Below, piece after piece: positions 35,074-48,412 of a stretch of DNA of 64,000 bases. The DNA is from Alloascoidea hylecoeti. Its lineage: Eukaryota. Within the stretch, counting starts at the first letter, position 1; every line of letters begins with the position of its first letter. The notes below the pieces were generated by a model. It was given only the letters and a program-made list of their open reading frames with translations. It made no database searches and had not been told where the DNA came from. A program made the translations under genes and the position numbers. The stretch spans positions 124,001-188,000 of the forward strand of contig BCKZ01000008.1 in NCBI GenBank assembly GCA_001600815.1. The letters run 5' to 3'.

Positions 35074-35690
35074 ATTTACACCATTTATCTGGGGTTCTGT
35101 CTGACAGCTCTAGAATTTCTATAATTATATCTCAGCTATACAACAGGTAAAAGATGAAATGAAGCTTATGGATGTTATCTAATAATATTAATATTCTTTA
35201 AACAGTCAGTTATAAGTTAAATATGGCTATAAGCCTTATACAGTTTTGTTCAACATCAAACTTAATAGATATTTATAAATCAATACAAATTTCATTTCAG
35301 ATCACAGCCGTATTATTAATAGTTTGAGTACACAAGCGGTCTCCAACTGAAACATCAAATTTATAATGAACAAGTATCAGTGCTATGAGACAATACTAAC
35401 AACACATGTTGTTGTTTTTACGTAGATAGGTTTTCTCTCGAGTTTGTATACAAGGGATGAATGTAATTTGCACCATTTTTCTAGGTTTCTGTTTGACAGC
35501 TCTAGAATATTTATATCATAGCTATGCAAAAGGATAAAATTAAGTTCTTGGAACATCTCTAACAATGATCTCTAAGCAGCCAGTTATATGCATGAATATA
35601 TACAGTTTTGTTCAACATCAATCTTAATAATATATATTAATGAAACAAATCATTTCAAACCACGGCCTAATTAATAGTTTGAGTTCACAA
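35074..35690 (+). repeat. Diverged local duplication (35074-35337 and 35465-35690) upstream of the aquaporin
   Basis: Shared blocks tgacagctctagaat, tatacagttttgttcaacatcaa and ttaatagtttgagt in the same order. Confidence 0.8.
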
Positions 35691-35956
35691 CCAGGCAGCC
35701 ATATAATATATAATATATAATAACTCTATAATTTATGGTTATAGAGCTATATATAGGTAGTATATCAAGCAGGTATGCATATGTAGTGTGCCTTGATCAT
35801 ATATTTCAATGTCAACAGAGTGCGTATACATGCATTATAGCGATTTCTCTTTCCTAAAATTCTTTGATCATGAATTTGATATTTATATAAAAGGACGAAG
35901 ACTTCCTGCTAAAGACCCATCACAGAATATCAATTACAAGATAAGAATAACTAAAA

Positions 35957-36787
35957 ATGGGTGAAGATGTTAGCTCTCAATCTGGCACTGGTGACGACCA
36001 ATATGTTGCTAACTACAGTACTCCGGCTAACACATATAAGTTTGGCTTGAAGAATGACAGTATTAGACATCATTTTATCTCAGTAGTTGGGGAATTTGCT
36101 GGGACCTATCTTTTCCTACTATTTGCTTTTGTTATTGCTCAAATTGCAAACTCAGATCCAAATATTCCAGAACATGGAAGTAGTCCCGGCCAACTAATGA
36201 TGATCGCTCTTGGTTTTGGTTTCTCCTTGGCTGTCAACGTTCATATATTTTACAGAATCTCAGGCGGTCAATTTAATCCTGCTGTTTCTCTCAGTTTGAT
36301 GGCAGTTGGTGCTATTCATCCAGTTAGATGCCTTGCTAATTGTCTTACTCAATTGGTCGCCGGTATGGCGGCAGCGGCAACCGCAGATGCTTTAACTCCT
36401 GGTGAAGTGTTATTTGCCAATGGCCTTGGTGGTGGTGCTTCAAAGACAAGAGGTTTATTTGTTGAAATGTTTGGAACAGCTATATTATGTACAACTGTTC
36501 TATTTATGGCCGTTGAAAAACACAAAGCAACGTTTATCGGTCCATTAGTTATAGGCCTGTCTTTATTTATTGGTCATTTATTTTCGGTTTATTATTCGGG
36601 TGCTGGTCTAAATCCCGCTAGATCATTTGGTCCTTGTATTGCAACAGCAAGCTTCCCTAATTATCATTGGATTTATTGGGTAGGCCCAATACTTGGTTCA
36701 TTAATTTCTGTTGCTCTTTACAAATTACTGAAATATTTGAAATATGAATCTGCTAATCCCGGTCAAGATGCTTCCGAATTTGCTTAA
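35957..36787 (+). CDS. AQY1: Orthodox aquaporin (Aqy1-like)
   Basis: ISGGQFNPAVS and GAGLNPARSFGP (two NPA boxes); GEFAGT, HWIYWVGPILG, YESANPGQD. Confidence 0.93.
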   Translation: MGEDVSSQSGTGDDQYVANYSTPANTYKFGLKNDSIRHHFISVVGEFAGTYLFLLFAFVIAQIANSDPNIPEHGSSPGQLMMIALGFGFSLAVNVHIFYRISGGQFNPAVSLSLMAVGAIHPVRCLANCLTQLVAGMAAAATADALTPGEVLFANGLGGGASKTRGLFVEMFGTAILCTTVLFMAVEKHKATFIGPLVIGLSLFIGHLFSVYYSGAGLNPARSFGPCIATASFPNYHWIYWVGPILGSLISVALYKLLKYLKYESANPGQDASEFA

Positions 36788-39607
36788 AAGCAATATTTTC
36801 TTAGTCTATAATTAAACTGATATCGAACTTATTAACATTCATATATGAGAATTCAATCCACTTTCACTTCAGTCTTTGAAATTCTATCGTATCTAATATT
36901 CAACTAATTAATTCCATCGTATACATTGTAATATAATATAATAATGATAACTAATCAGCTGCGTCTAACCCCATTTTGAAATGAAACTTATAATACTGTG
37001 AGAATTTTTGTTCCTCTATTAACAACTGATGATTTACTTTGAAATTGGTTTAATTATAATTAGTTACTGTAAGTTATATAAGTAACTTAGAGAAAAAACA
37101 AAAAGTGTATTGATGCAAGCTTAAATGATTCAAAAAGCTTATCCAGATCTTTAAAATTTCATTGGATCTGGCTTGAATCAAATTTACAAGGATATTCATA
37201 CTTTACTCTTTTCGCAATTTCATTCCAATTGGCTCCTAACCAAGGAGAACTGAACTTATGAAGTAATTATTATTTAAGGATATTCGTAAGCGTATAAATA
37301 CAATTTTAGCTTTTACACGCCCAAGCTTATAGGTATTGAAGTTCCTGAATATATATAATATATAGTGAACATAATGGTAAAATCTAAATTTCTAGACTAC
37401 TGTAGGCTTAAGAGACGGTAACATATACTTACATTTTTTACCTATACCTTATGTAACAGTCTCAAATGGTAATTAGTAATAATAGCAGTGACACCTTATA
37501 TGAATATTCTGTTTGCATTTGATATAGATCTACATGTGGGGAATTCTATGTGAATAGATGTAGGAGCATACCCTATACATCTACATGCATATGCATTAAC
37601 ACAGTTATGAAAAATGTTATGATTAGCTGGGTATAACTCATACCGATTGCTCTTTGTCTCTTAGAAAGCCATCTTGCGGGCGTATCACATGTCAAGGAAA
37701 ATCATACTAAATATTTCACACATCTGGGGAATCCGAAAGGACAAAGCATAGTAAAAAGAAACTACGCGTAAATATTAATGATTGCCATTGACTGGTAATA
37801 ATGACGTTACATGACTTTCCTTACCTAGGCGACGGTGGAGAAATAACAAACGATACTCCATATTTATCCAAACATGTGAAACCTATAATGAAACTCATTT
37901 AGCAAGTGAAGTTTCGACTTTCCGATTTAACCACGCAATATTAATAGAAGCGGTGCACTAGAGCGGGTTATTTCAACATCAGATATAGCAACATAGTACA
38001 ACTTAAACAATTGGATTAGTTAGATTTTCAAATGATTGGGTCAATATTCGATATATGGTAAATTCAGCAAAAGCGTATCCAACAACGAGCGATCAACCAA
38101 TCTGTCAAGAATAGAAACATTTATATTCTAGCAAAGCTATCAAATAATGAGGCGATATCATGACCCTATATGAAAAATTTAAAAGGTGTCCAAAATGCTT
38201 TGTGCAAAAAATATAGATTTACGTATACCATATTTTCAATGTTTATCATAAAATATACATTAGATACATGTCTCAATATATGTTATAGTATAATGCTATG
38301 ATTCATAGCAAAAATTAATATCGTAATAAAAATCCTCAAACATTAATGAAACTTTAGAGTTTCACTGTGAATTTTCATTGACGATGGAAATTAGCAGTTA
38401 TGTAACTATAAAAATTTGCTAAAATAGTCAGTAAATGTATTTTTGGTTACAGGTAAACACATGTATAAAATTACCATAAATAGATCAATTGCAAGCTTAA
38501 CAGTTCTGAGAATTATCACGAAGAAGAAGTTGATATTACCGTAAATATATTCACTTATATGAAGATGATGTTCCTTGCAATTGTTAAACTATTATTCTAG
38601 AATTACGGATCTAAATATTAATTACATTAAAAGTAAGTGCTCTGGGAATCCATATGATTTTGTTATAGGTTCTTGTCATCTTATCAATTAGTTGAAGCTA
38701 TAATAGTGGTTCATTTATATGCATAGTTCTATAAATATAGGGAGATTAAACAATATATTTCAATTCTTTTTTTACATTTTTGGATTTCATAGGTTAGTTT
38801 TCATTACATTTTTCCAAAATAAAATCAATAACATATTAATATTAGATAACAGTAGGCCGTTAAAATGATTATATATATCGATATCCGTATTCAGGCCTAC
38901 ACACTGTGAGCTTGAAATTAGCCAACATTTAGTAAGTGCATAAATGTCAAGATGCATTAATCTATATCTATTATCTACTGGTACCTATACTTAGCTACGA
39001 CCAAATGGAAATAAAATAGTTTTAGAATATTATCCATTCATGCACAAATGTTACTATACCAGATATTTTATCAATTTATTATACATAAGAGAAATATAAC
39101 GACTTGATTTATTAGACTCTATTCACGTCAGAATGAAATGAACTATTTATAATAATTCCTCTTTTTCCCTCTTCAATCCATGAAACAACTTAATCCATCT
39201 TTCTCTTAAATTTTAATTGATTACCAAAGTATACCTACATACTAGTAAAATTTTAGAACGTTTAGCTGAAATACATTATAAGGAGGTCATGTTAGATGCA
39301 TATCCACCGGCTAACCCTAGTTGTCAAGTCGTATAATTGATTAGTTCTAAGCGTGTAATCGCTATTATACTGTTGAGGAGTTTTTTACGATCATGTTCTG
39401 GTCACCGGTTTTGTAATTGAAATGATTGGATTGATGTCTAGCATATATAGCTATATAACTATTTATTTAGTAATATATATCTATAAATTTTCAAACAAAG
39501 AGCGATTGTAGGTTTAGTTTCTTGTTCATATAGAAGTTTTTTTGAAATTTTTTAATTATAATTGAATCATAAATATATGATTTTAAGTTGAAATATCAAC
39601 ATATTCA

Positions 39608-41299
<1,692 letters not shown>

Positions 41300-42880
41300 C
41301 TAATTGAAAGGTATTAACTTATATTATGATTAATCTCATTCATTTTCATAAAGGAAGTTTCAATTATTTGCAATTAGGAATATGATTGGGCAATTGAGTT
41401 ATGTTGGATAACTTACTTGCAATATTAATTGATTACTTAATTATAAAGAAAGCTCTAACATTAGATCTCCTAGCATTACACTCCGTAAATGAAATAAGGT
41501 TAACGTCATAAAAGAGATAAAAATTCAATATCACGATATATTTAAAACCTTGCAATTGTGATAGTTAAATAGTTATAGCTTTATGTAGTATATTTATACA
41601 ATTAGTTTAGATCCAGAAATTCATCCAACATATAAATATATATTGTTTTTGGGGTTGAGCTTGCCTAATCTTAAGGATATTTTCATTTCATGAACTGAAT
41701 CCTAATTTTGAATAGTTGTAAAATTGATAAAGTTAACATATAAACCTTAACTTTCACAAAATCTCCATAAATTAGTTTCACACATTTTATGATTGCAAAG
41801 TTTAATACTTAGTATAATCGCGTTTTATTTTGACACAAAGGTATGAATGCCTATTAATATTAATAAAAATACATCGTCAGCACATATACATAACATATGG
41901 AAGCTCCAGTTGGTTTAAGCTTGCGATTTATGAAATGATCTAGACTTAAGATATATAAAATCCAAGATATATATATGAGCCTATATATTGGCATCCTTGC
42001 AATTATATTGCAATCAATTAGGAGCATATTCAATTAATTTTAATGAAGATTGTCAATATAATTATGATCATTGAAATATTAGAAGTTAAAAGATATAAAT
42101 TTCATGTAATTACGTACTAGTGTAAATTATGGTTGCTGAATTTTGAGGTTTTCTATAGCTAATTGTTTCTATAGCTGTAAGAGCTAGCAATTGATATAAC
42201 GTACAGATGCAATCAGAAGCAATTGGCATTTATATTAGCACTAGAAACATATAATTGCAGTGACAAAATAGTAAAAACTCTAGTTCAATTGTTATTACTA
42301 GTAACAAAAGTTCTCTTACTTATTTTGGACCTCATAAATATACAAAGAGAGTAGATGAATTGGGGCTTGAAATAAACACTAATAAGTATAATTATTCGTT
42401 ATATTATCATATACGTAAGCGAGGGTAACTTTAGGTGCATTATGTCGATACCCTTCAATATCCTAGAGAAACAGTTTTTCATTTAGAGGTTATTACTAGG
42501 TTATTGATGTATAGGTATCATAATTAAATAAAGTAAGATTATAAGAAAAAAACGATTAAGAGAGAGCTTAAGACATACGAGAATCGATAGTGCATAACGG
42601 TATTAAGTACTATTTACGGTGAACATGGGAAGCGGTCACCAGAGTCTCATGTGTCTCGCCTAAAGTGAGCAGTGAGCACCTTTTGGATAGACATTATGCA
42701 CTCACGGTTAGTAGCACACTGACGTTGGTACGTAAATTACCCTCTATTATATATCACAAAAATATTAAAGGAGTAAAAGTAGTAATTGACATTGCTTGTA
42801 AAATTCTCCAGTTATGCCCTTGTCAAACTGAGTTTTCAATTTGATCATAATCTATTAATTTGGCAGATAAAATATATATG

Positions 42881-42890
42881 ATCATGTGAC
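42881..42890. promoter_or_regulatory. Cbf1-type motif (ATCATGTGAC, reverse complement GTCACATGAT) upstream of EXO1
   Basis: Same 10-mer as at 5125, 70 bp upstream of the ATG at 42960. Confidence 0.5.
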
Positions 42891-42959
42891 ATAAATCAAA
42901 CACGAACATCAAAAAAGTTAAAATTATTACGTTACACAAAACCAATTATATGATTAAGA

Positions 42960-45149
42960 ATGGGAGTGACAGGTCTTTTACCACAATTAAAGTCCATCCA
43001 AGAGCCGGCCTCCCTCTCGAAATATAAGGGCAAAAGAATGGCGGTTGATACATACGCCTGGCTTCATCGAGGAGTGTTTTCTTGCTCATGGGAATTGGCT
43101 CAAGATATAGATACACAAAAATACGTTCATTATGTTCTTAAGAGAATCAGAATGTTACGACATTTTGAGGTCGAACCGTATATGGTATTCGATGGTGATC
43201 ACTTACCTTTGAAGAAGGCTACTGAAATAAGTAGGAGTAATAACCGGAAAGAAGCGAGATTAAAAGCAAAATTATTTCTTGAAAAGGGTCAAAAATCAAA
43301 GGCCGCAGATGAATTTAAAAAATGTGTTGATATAACCCCAATAATGGCCAAAAATTTAATTGAAGCATTAAAACTAGAGAATGTTAAATTTATTGTAGCT
43401 CCATACGAAGCTGATGCACAAATGGTATATCTTGAGAAACTTGGGTTAGTATCTGGTATAATTACTGAAGATTCAGATTTATTGGTTTTTGGTGCAAAAT
43501 GTTTATTTACAAAATTAAATGATTATGGTGAAGGTCTTGAAATTAAAAGAGAAAATTTTCCAAAAGTTAAAGAATTATCGTTAATCGGATTTAATGATTC
43601 TCAATTCCGTGCTATGGCTATATTATCTGGTTGTGATTATACAAGTGGTATAAATGGTATTGGAATTAAAAAAGCACATTTAGCTTTAAGGAAATCTGGT
43701 ACTTTAAAAAGAGCAATTATATCTTTAAGATTAGAAGGAAAATATAAAGTTCCAAAGGACTTTGAAATCGATGCTCAAAATGCTGAGTTTGCTTTTCAAT
43801 ATCAAAGAGTTTATTCACCATTAAGAAGAAAAATATCAACATTGAATGAGCTACCAGAAGAGTTAAAAAATGTTGATAATGTACAAAATTGTATTGGACG
43901 GTAAGTTTTCTATTTTCTAATATTAATCATGTTATATCTCACTTACAAAATAATAAATTTTAGATATGTGGAAGATGAACTTTGTCAAGGAATAGCAACA
44001 GGTGAAATAGATCCAATATCCAAGAAACCGTTAAAATATATTCCAAGTACTCCGATTTCCAAATCGTTCTCAACAATAAGAACTCCCAATTTCAACAGTC
44101 AAGAAAATTTCAACCGTCATGTTAATCGAACAGCCTCATGTCCTACCAATAAGAATAGAACAACTCTAGATTCATTTAATTTTTTTAAGAAACAATCACG
44201 ATCACAAACATTATCAACTCCGAATATAAATGTGAAACCACATAATACTTCAACTCCACTAAGCTTAAAACGGATGGAAAATAATAATAAAGTTACTGTT
44301 GTTACTCAAAAGGGGAAAACCAGTTTAACTTCGCCAGTTTTGAAAAGAAAAGTTGGTCTACATCGTCATGAGGATAGTAAAGTATTTATGAATAGTAGGT
44401 TTTTCAATGGGAAGAAAAAACAATTAGGGGAAGCAGAAGCGAAGGCTGTTGCAATTGATAACAGTAGATGCTTATCTATAAATGGACTAAATAAGAAGAC
44501 GGATTTATATCCTAAAATTGATGAACTTGAAGTGGGACGAGAAGCCAGTACACAGCAAACTCTTATTTCCAACGGTTTTAATGATGATAATAATGATGAG
44601 AATGATAATAATAATAATCAAAATGAAGTTGAAACAAAATCCAAAGTAACTAGGAAGGTAAAAAAAGGGGCTAGCGCTATTGGGGATGATTTCTCCGATT
44701 CAGAAACTACAGATGTTGATCAACAATCTCAAGCCACACAGAAAATTGCATATTATACAGAAAAGAAAATTAAAGAAAAAAATAATATTAATGAAGATAT
44801 TTTTAGTTCTCCAAGTTCGGTTCTTGATACTGATGATGAATTTGAAAATGAATTTGATAATTTTTTTGATGCATTTGAAGAGGATGCTGACCCGATTTCT
44901 TCATCTGATGGTGAAATATACAATACTAAGCATGAACACCATGCCACTCCTACATTAAACAACACTACAGCAAGTGTAATCAATGGTTGGAAATCTAAAT
45001 TTGAATTTACAAGTATAAATGAAAAAGAAAATATAAACCCGGTTCCAACAATTACAAGGATTAATACACAGACTAAAAGTTATAAATCTAGAATGTTGAT
45101 TGATGAAAAGAATAAAAAACATATAAGTAAACGAAAACTTAATTCATAG
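42960..45149 (+). CDS. EXO1: Exonuclease 1 (XPG/Rad2 family), 2 exons (42960-43900, 43964-45149), 708 aa
   Basis: MGVTGLLP, AVDTYAWLHRG, VAPYEADAQ, TEDSDLLVFG, ILSGCDY; intron 43901-43963 (GTAAGT...TAG) joins the two listed ORFs in frame. Confidence 0.95.
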
Positions 45150-45686
45150 ATTTCATTTTCTAAAGGGGTCTTTTTCGATATCGATGAGTTTAGCGTTAGA
45201 TCTGTTTATCTATATATATTAATTAGATTAACCGGGGTTGGGTATTAATGTTGATGCTAAAGTTTATTTTTGTTGTGATTGTGTTTTAGTATGGTTTATG
45301 GAATAAATTATTAATAGCCATGGAACATTCTTTACAATTGTTCCAACGAAAATATATGAAAAAGTAATTAATTTATTTATTAATAGAAGGAAGTGATGGA
45401 ATCACGCTACTTTTTAATTTGTTGCTTTGGGACAAAAATTGAAAAAAAAGTATCAAGAAAATTAAAAAGTTTTAGTGAAAAAGGAAATTTAAAAGTTCGA
45501 TGCGTTTCACCAACAGAATAATCATCAGATTTTATTTTTAAATATAAGAAACAAATGACTGACTCGTTTTCTAAAAGATTTGATGGAAGGAAATGAAGTT
45601 TTCCATTAAACTATTTCTTTCTTTCTATTTATCTTTTTGTATTTCTATCTTGTTTTTTTTTTTTTCATACATCTTTAATAACAGAA

Positions 45687-46766
45687 ATGTACTCAGTTCA
45701 TCCTAATTCATATACTATGCAACAAAGTGATACTCCTTTTACAATTGAAGACTGTGATGCATTTTTAGCCTCTTTGGACCATCCTAATCGAGGGAACCAA
45801 CAAATGCGTGGTCAGTCATCATCTATAATTCCTCCAGTTCAAGTTCAAGCTCCAAATTCTTCATCCCAACCACAATATCATTCCTTAAATACAGACTTTA
45901 TCGATCCATGGGGAAATACTCCTGTTACCAATAGTAATAATAATCACCCTCCTATTAATGCAACCAATGCTAAACAGCAATTATATGATAGAAGATCATC
46001 TTCAATTGTTAAATCACCTTTATCGGAAACAAATAGAGTTTCGATGCCTTCTATATCACCACCAACTCAATTTGGAAGTATTTCTCTTCCTGCAAATAAC
46101 CAAAGAAGTTTAAGTACTAGTTCGGCAATTATGAGTACAACATCAAATGTGTTTGATAATAATCATTCAAATATTGGTCGTGCAATGTCAGCGAGTAGTA
46201 CTAGTAGTTCTGGTATAACATACTATGGACCTAATGACTCGAATGGTAATAACATTAAAAATTTGAATCCTAATCCTAATGGAAGAGTTATGAAACCACC
46301 AAGAAAGGGTAAAACAGCACATAATATGATTGAAAAACGATATCGTACAAATATTAATGATAAATTTATTTCATTACGTGATTGTGTCCCATCACTAAGA
46401 TGTTTGGTTGAAGATCTAGAAAATGGAAGAGATGGTGTTTCGTCATCGAATTTAAATAATAATAATAATAATAATAGTGGTAATAATGATGTTGCTCAAT
46501 TCGATCTTGATGGTTTGCGACCTGCAACGAAATTAAACAAGGCAACAGTTTTAACAAAAGCAACTGAATATATTTTACATTTACAGCATCGCAATAGTGT
46601 ACTTGAAAAAGAGAATGAGGTTCTAAGGAATTATTTACAACAAGATTCAAAAGATAATAACAATAATAATGGACCTATTGGTGATGGTGTTGGGATTTTA
46701 GGTGGTGGTGGGATGTCAGGGATGATTGACCAAGTTAAATCGTCGGGGTCCGATGCAAATCTATAA
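45687..46766 (+). CDS. SREBP-like bHLH-zipper transcription factor (Cph2/Hms1/Sre1 family) without a transmembrane tail
   Basis: KTAHNMIEKRYRTNINDKF with the SREBP-diagnostic Tyr; KLNKATVLTKATEYILHL plus a zipper. Confidence 0.9.
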   Translation: MYSVHPNSYTMQQSDTPFTIEDCDAFLASLDHPNRGNQQMRGQSSSIIPPVQVQAPNSSSQPQYHSLNTDFIDPWGNTPVTNSNNNHPPINATNAKQQLYDRRSSSIVKSPLSETNRVSMPSISPPTQFGSISLPANNQRSLSTSSAIMSTTSNVFDNNHSNIGRAMSASSTSSSGITYYGPNDSNGNNIKNLNPNPNGRVMKPPRKGKTAHNMIEKRYRTNINDKFISLRDCVPSLRCLVEDLENGRDGVSSSNLNNNNNNNSGNNDVAQFDLDGLRPATKLNKATVLTKATEYILHLQHRNSVLEKENEVLRNYLQQDSKDNNNNNGPIGDGVGILGGGGMSGMIDQVKSSGSDANL

Positions 46767-47414
46767 CGTAATTGTCCCATTCTTCCGAATTCAAAGTACA
46801 ACAGCAACGAATATAATGTTGAATTATCTAAAATTTTAAGGTCTATTGAAAAGTGTTGTAAATTCTCGCCTTCTGATTATTGTTTTTGAATAATCTTAAG
46901 GTATTAATGATCATAATGATTCAACATTAATTTTAACGAAATTTATAATCCTATGATTATTAATTTTAATCCATTGTTTTTTTTTATCTCCCCATTTCAT
47001 TTTAATTATTATTACATTGTTTGTTAAGGTCTATGATTTAATTTTTCTTCCCGTTATAATTAACTAAATTAACATTTTGCAATTGTTTTTGTTATCGATC
47101 TTGATGATTGATTAAAGCTCTATATAATATTTTTTATTTTATATAGTAATGTCTTTTCTTTTTTAGCTAGTTATTTTGATATGGCTCTACTACTACCTAC
47201 TACGATTGTTTATGATTATTTTTGCTTCCGTTTTTCGATTATAAAACCCTCGATAATATTAATATTAATGATTGGAGAAAACTACATAATATATGGAAAG
47301 GAAAAAATATAGACCTTCTTTCTTATAAAAGTTTCAATAAAATAAATTTATTCAAATAATTATAGATTAGTAATTAATAATGAATATGAAGTAATGCTGT
47401 TGTGGTTTTATATT

Positions 47415-47911
47415 TGAAACAGGCTTTCTCAAACTTCAAACTTCAAACTTCAAACTTCAAACCTGATATAATATTTTGATGTCGCGACCGACTGGCGACC
47501 GACCTGAGCCGACTGGTAACCGACGGTAATTATAACAACTGGTCACAGCTCGGATGTTGCATCCGGTTGCATGAACAAATACGAAGAGGAGAGGCACGTG
47601 AGCAGCATGCAATAAAATAAATTGGCGATCGGAAGTTTTGAATATAATAATCCGGGGAAACGAGAGAAAAGGCACCTGATGCGATTCGATTCGATCGGAC
47701 TCCTTCGGAGTGGAGAATTCGACGAAAACCGTTTTTACGTTGGACACGTGCAGCTGCATATTAAGGTTGCATGCATATTGTACCTAAAACAAAAATCACT
47801 CCATCTCTTTGGTAAAACGAGAAGATAACGGTAGAAATGTAATTTACTTTTTATTATTTTCCGTTTCTATTGCAAAATAATAATCTGAAGTTTATTTACG
47901 GTTAACATTCC
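47415..47911. promoter_or_regulatory. GC-rich upstream region of the TEA gene with PRE-like, E-box and TCS-like sites
   Basis: TGAAACA 47415-47421, CACGTG 47595-47600 and 47745-47750, CATTCC 47906-47911. Confidence 0.45.
47429..47462. repeat. (TCAAACT)n heptamer tandem repeat, about 5 copies
   Basis: tcaaacttcaaacttcaaacttcaaacttcaaac. Confidence 0.9.
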
Positions 47912-48412
47912 CCATTTGCGGGCAGTGTCTGGTTGTTCCCAGCCATGTGGAACCCGTTTAGTACCTGCTTGGAGCACATGAACACCCAAATAACCTTCCA
48001 GAATACCAATCCAGCAAAGAAAGTCAATTGGTTGATTCTTTTGATAAAAACATTTCCATTTATATAATTTAAGTTTCGAGTTTTGTGAATTGGCAAGGAA
48101 GAAAGTGAAAAGTCCTAAAACAGCGTAAAAATGAATCAAAAGGTGAGTTAAGTATACTCATGAGAGATGCGTTTGTCGATCATTTACTGCGTTTGGCTAT
48201 GCAAAGGTCATAATAGAAAGTACTTCGGTATCAGATGTACCCTACTGTTGGATGCATCTCCTGTACGCGTATTAAAATATTCAATTAGACCCCCCGAACG
48301 GGAAATTTGTCTCCTCCTCATTCAATATATAATTCCTGTAAAACTGCCTTTTTTTCTCTATTTCGTTTTGAAATTCATAACTCCCTCTCCAACCCTTAGT
48401 CGTTCTTTAATC

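Noticed and set aside
41528..41540. ATCACGAT as a sterol regulatory element for ERG11
   Set aside because: Only a partial match, expected by chance
43929..45149. 406-aa ORF as a separate gene
   Set aside because: Exon 2 of EXO1; its ATG lies in the intron
48167..48412. 82-aa N-terminal extension of the TEA ORF
   Set aside because: Looks like promoter/5' UTR (TATATAA, pyrimidine tracts); ATG 48413 preferred but unproven
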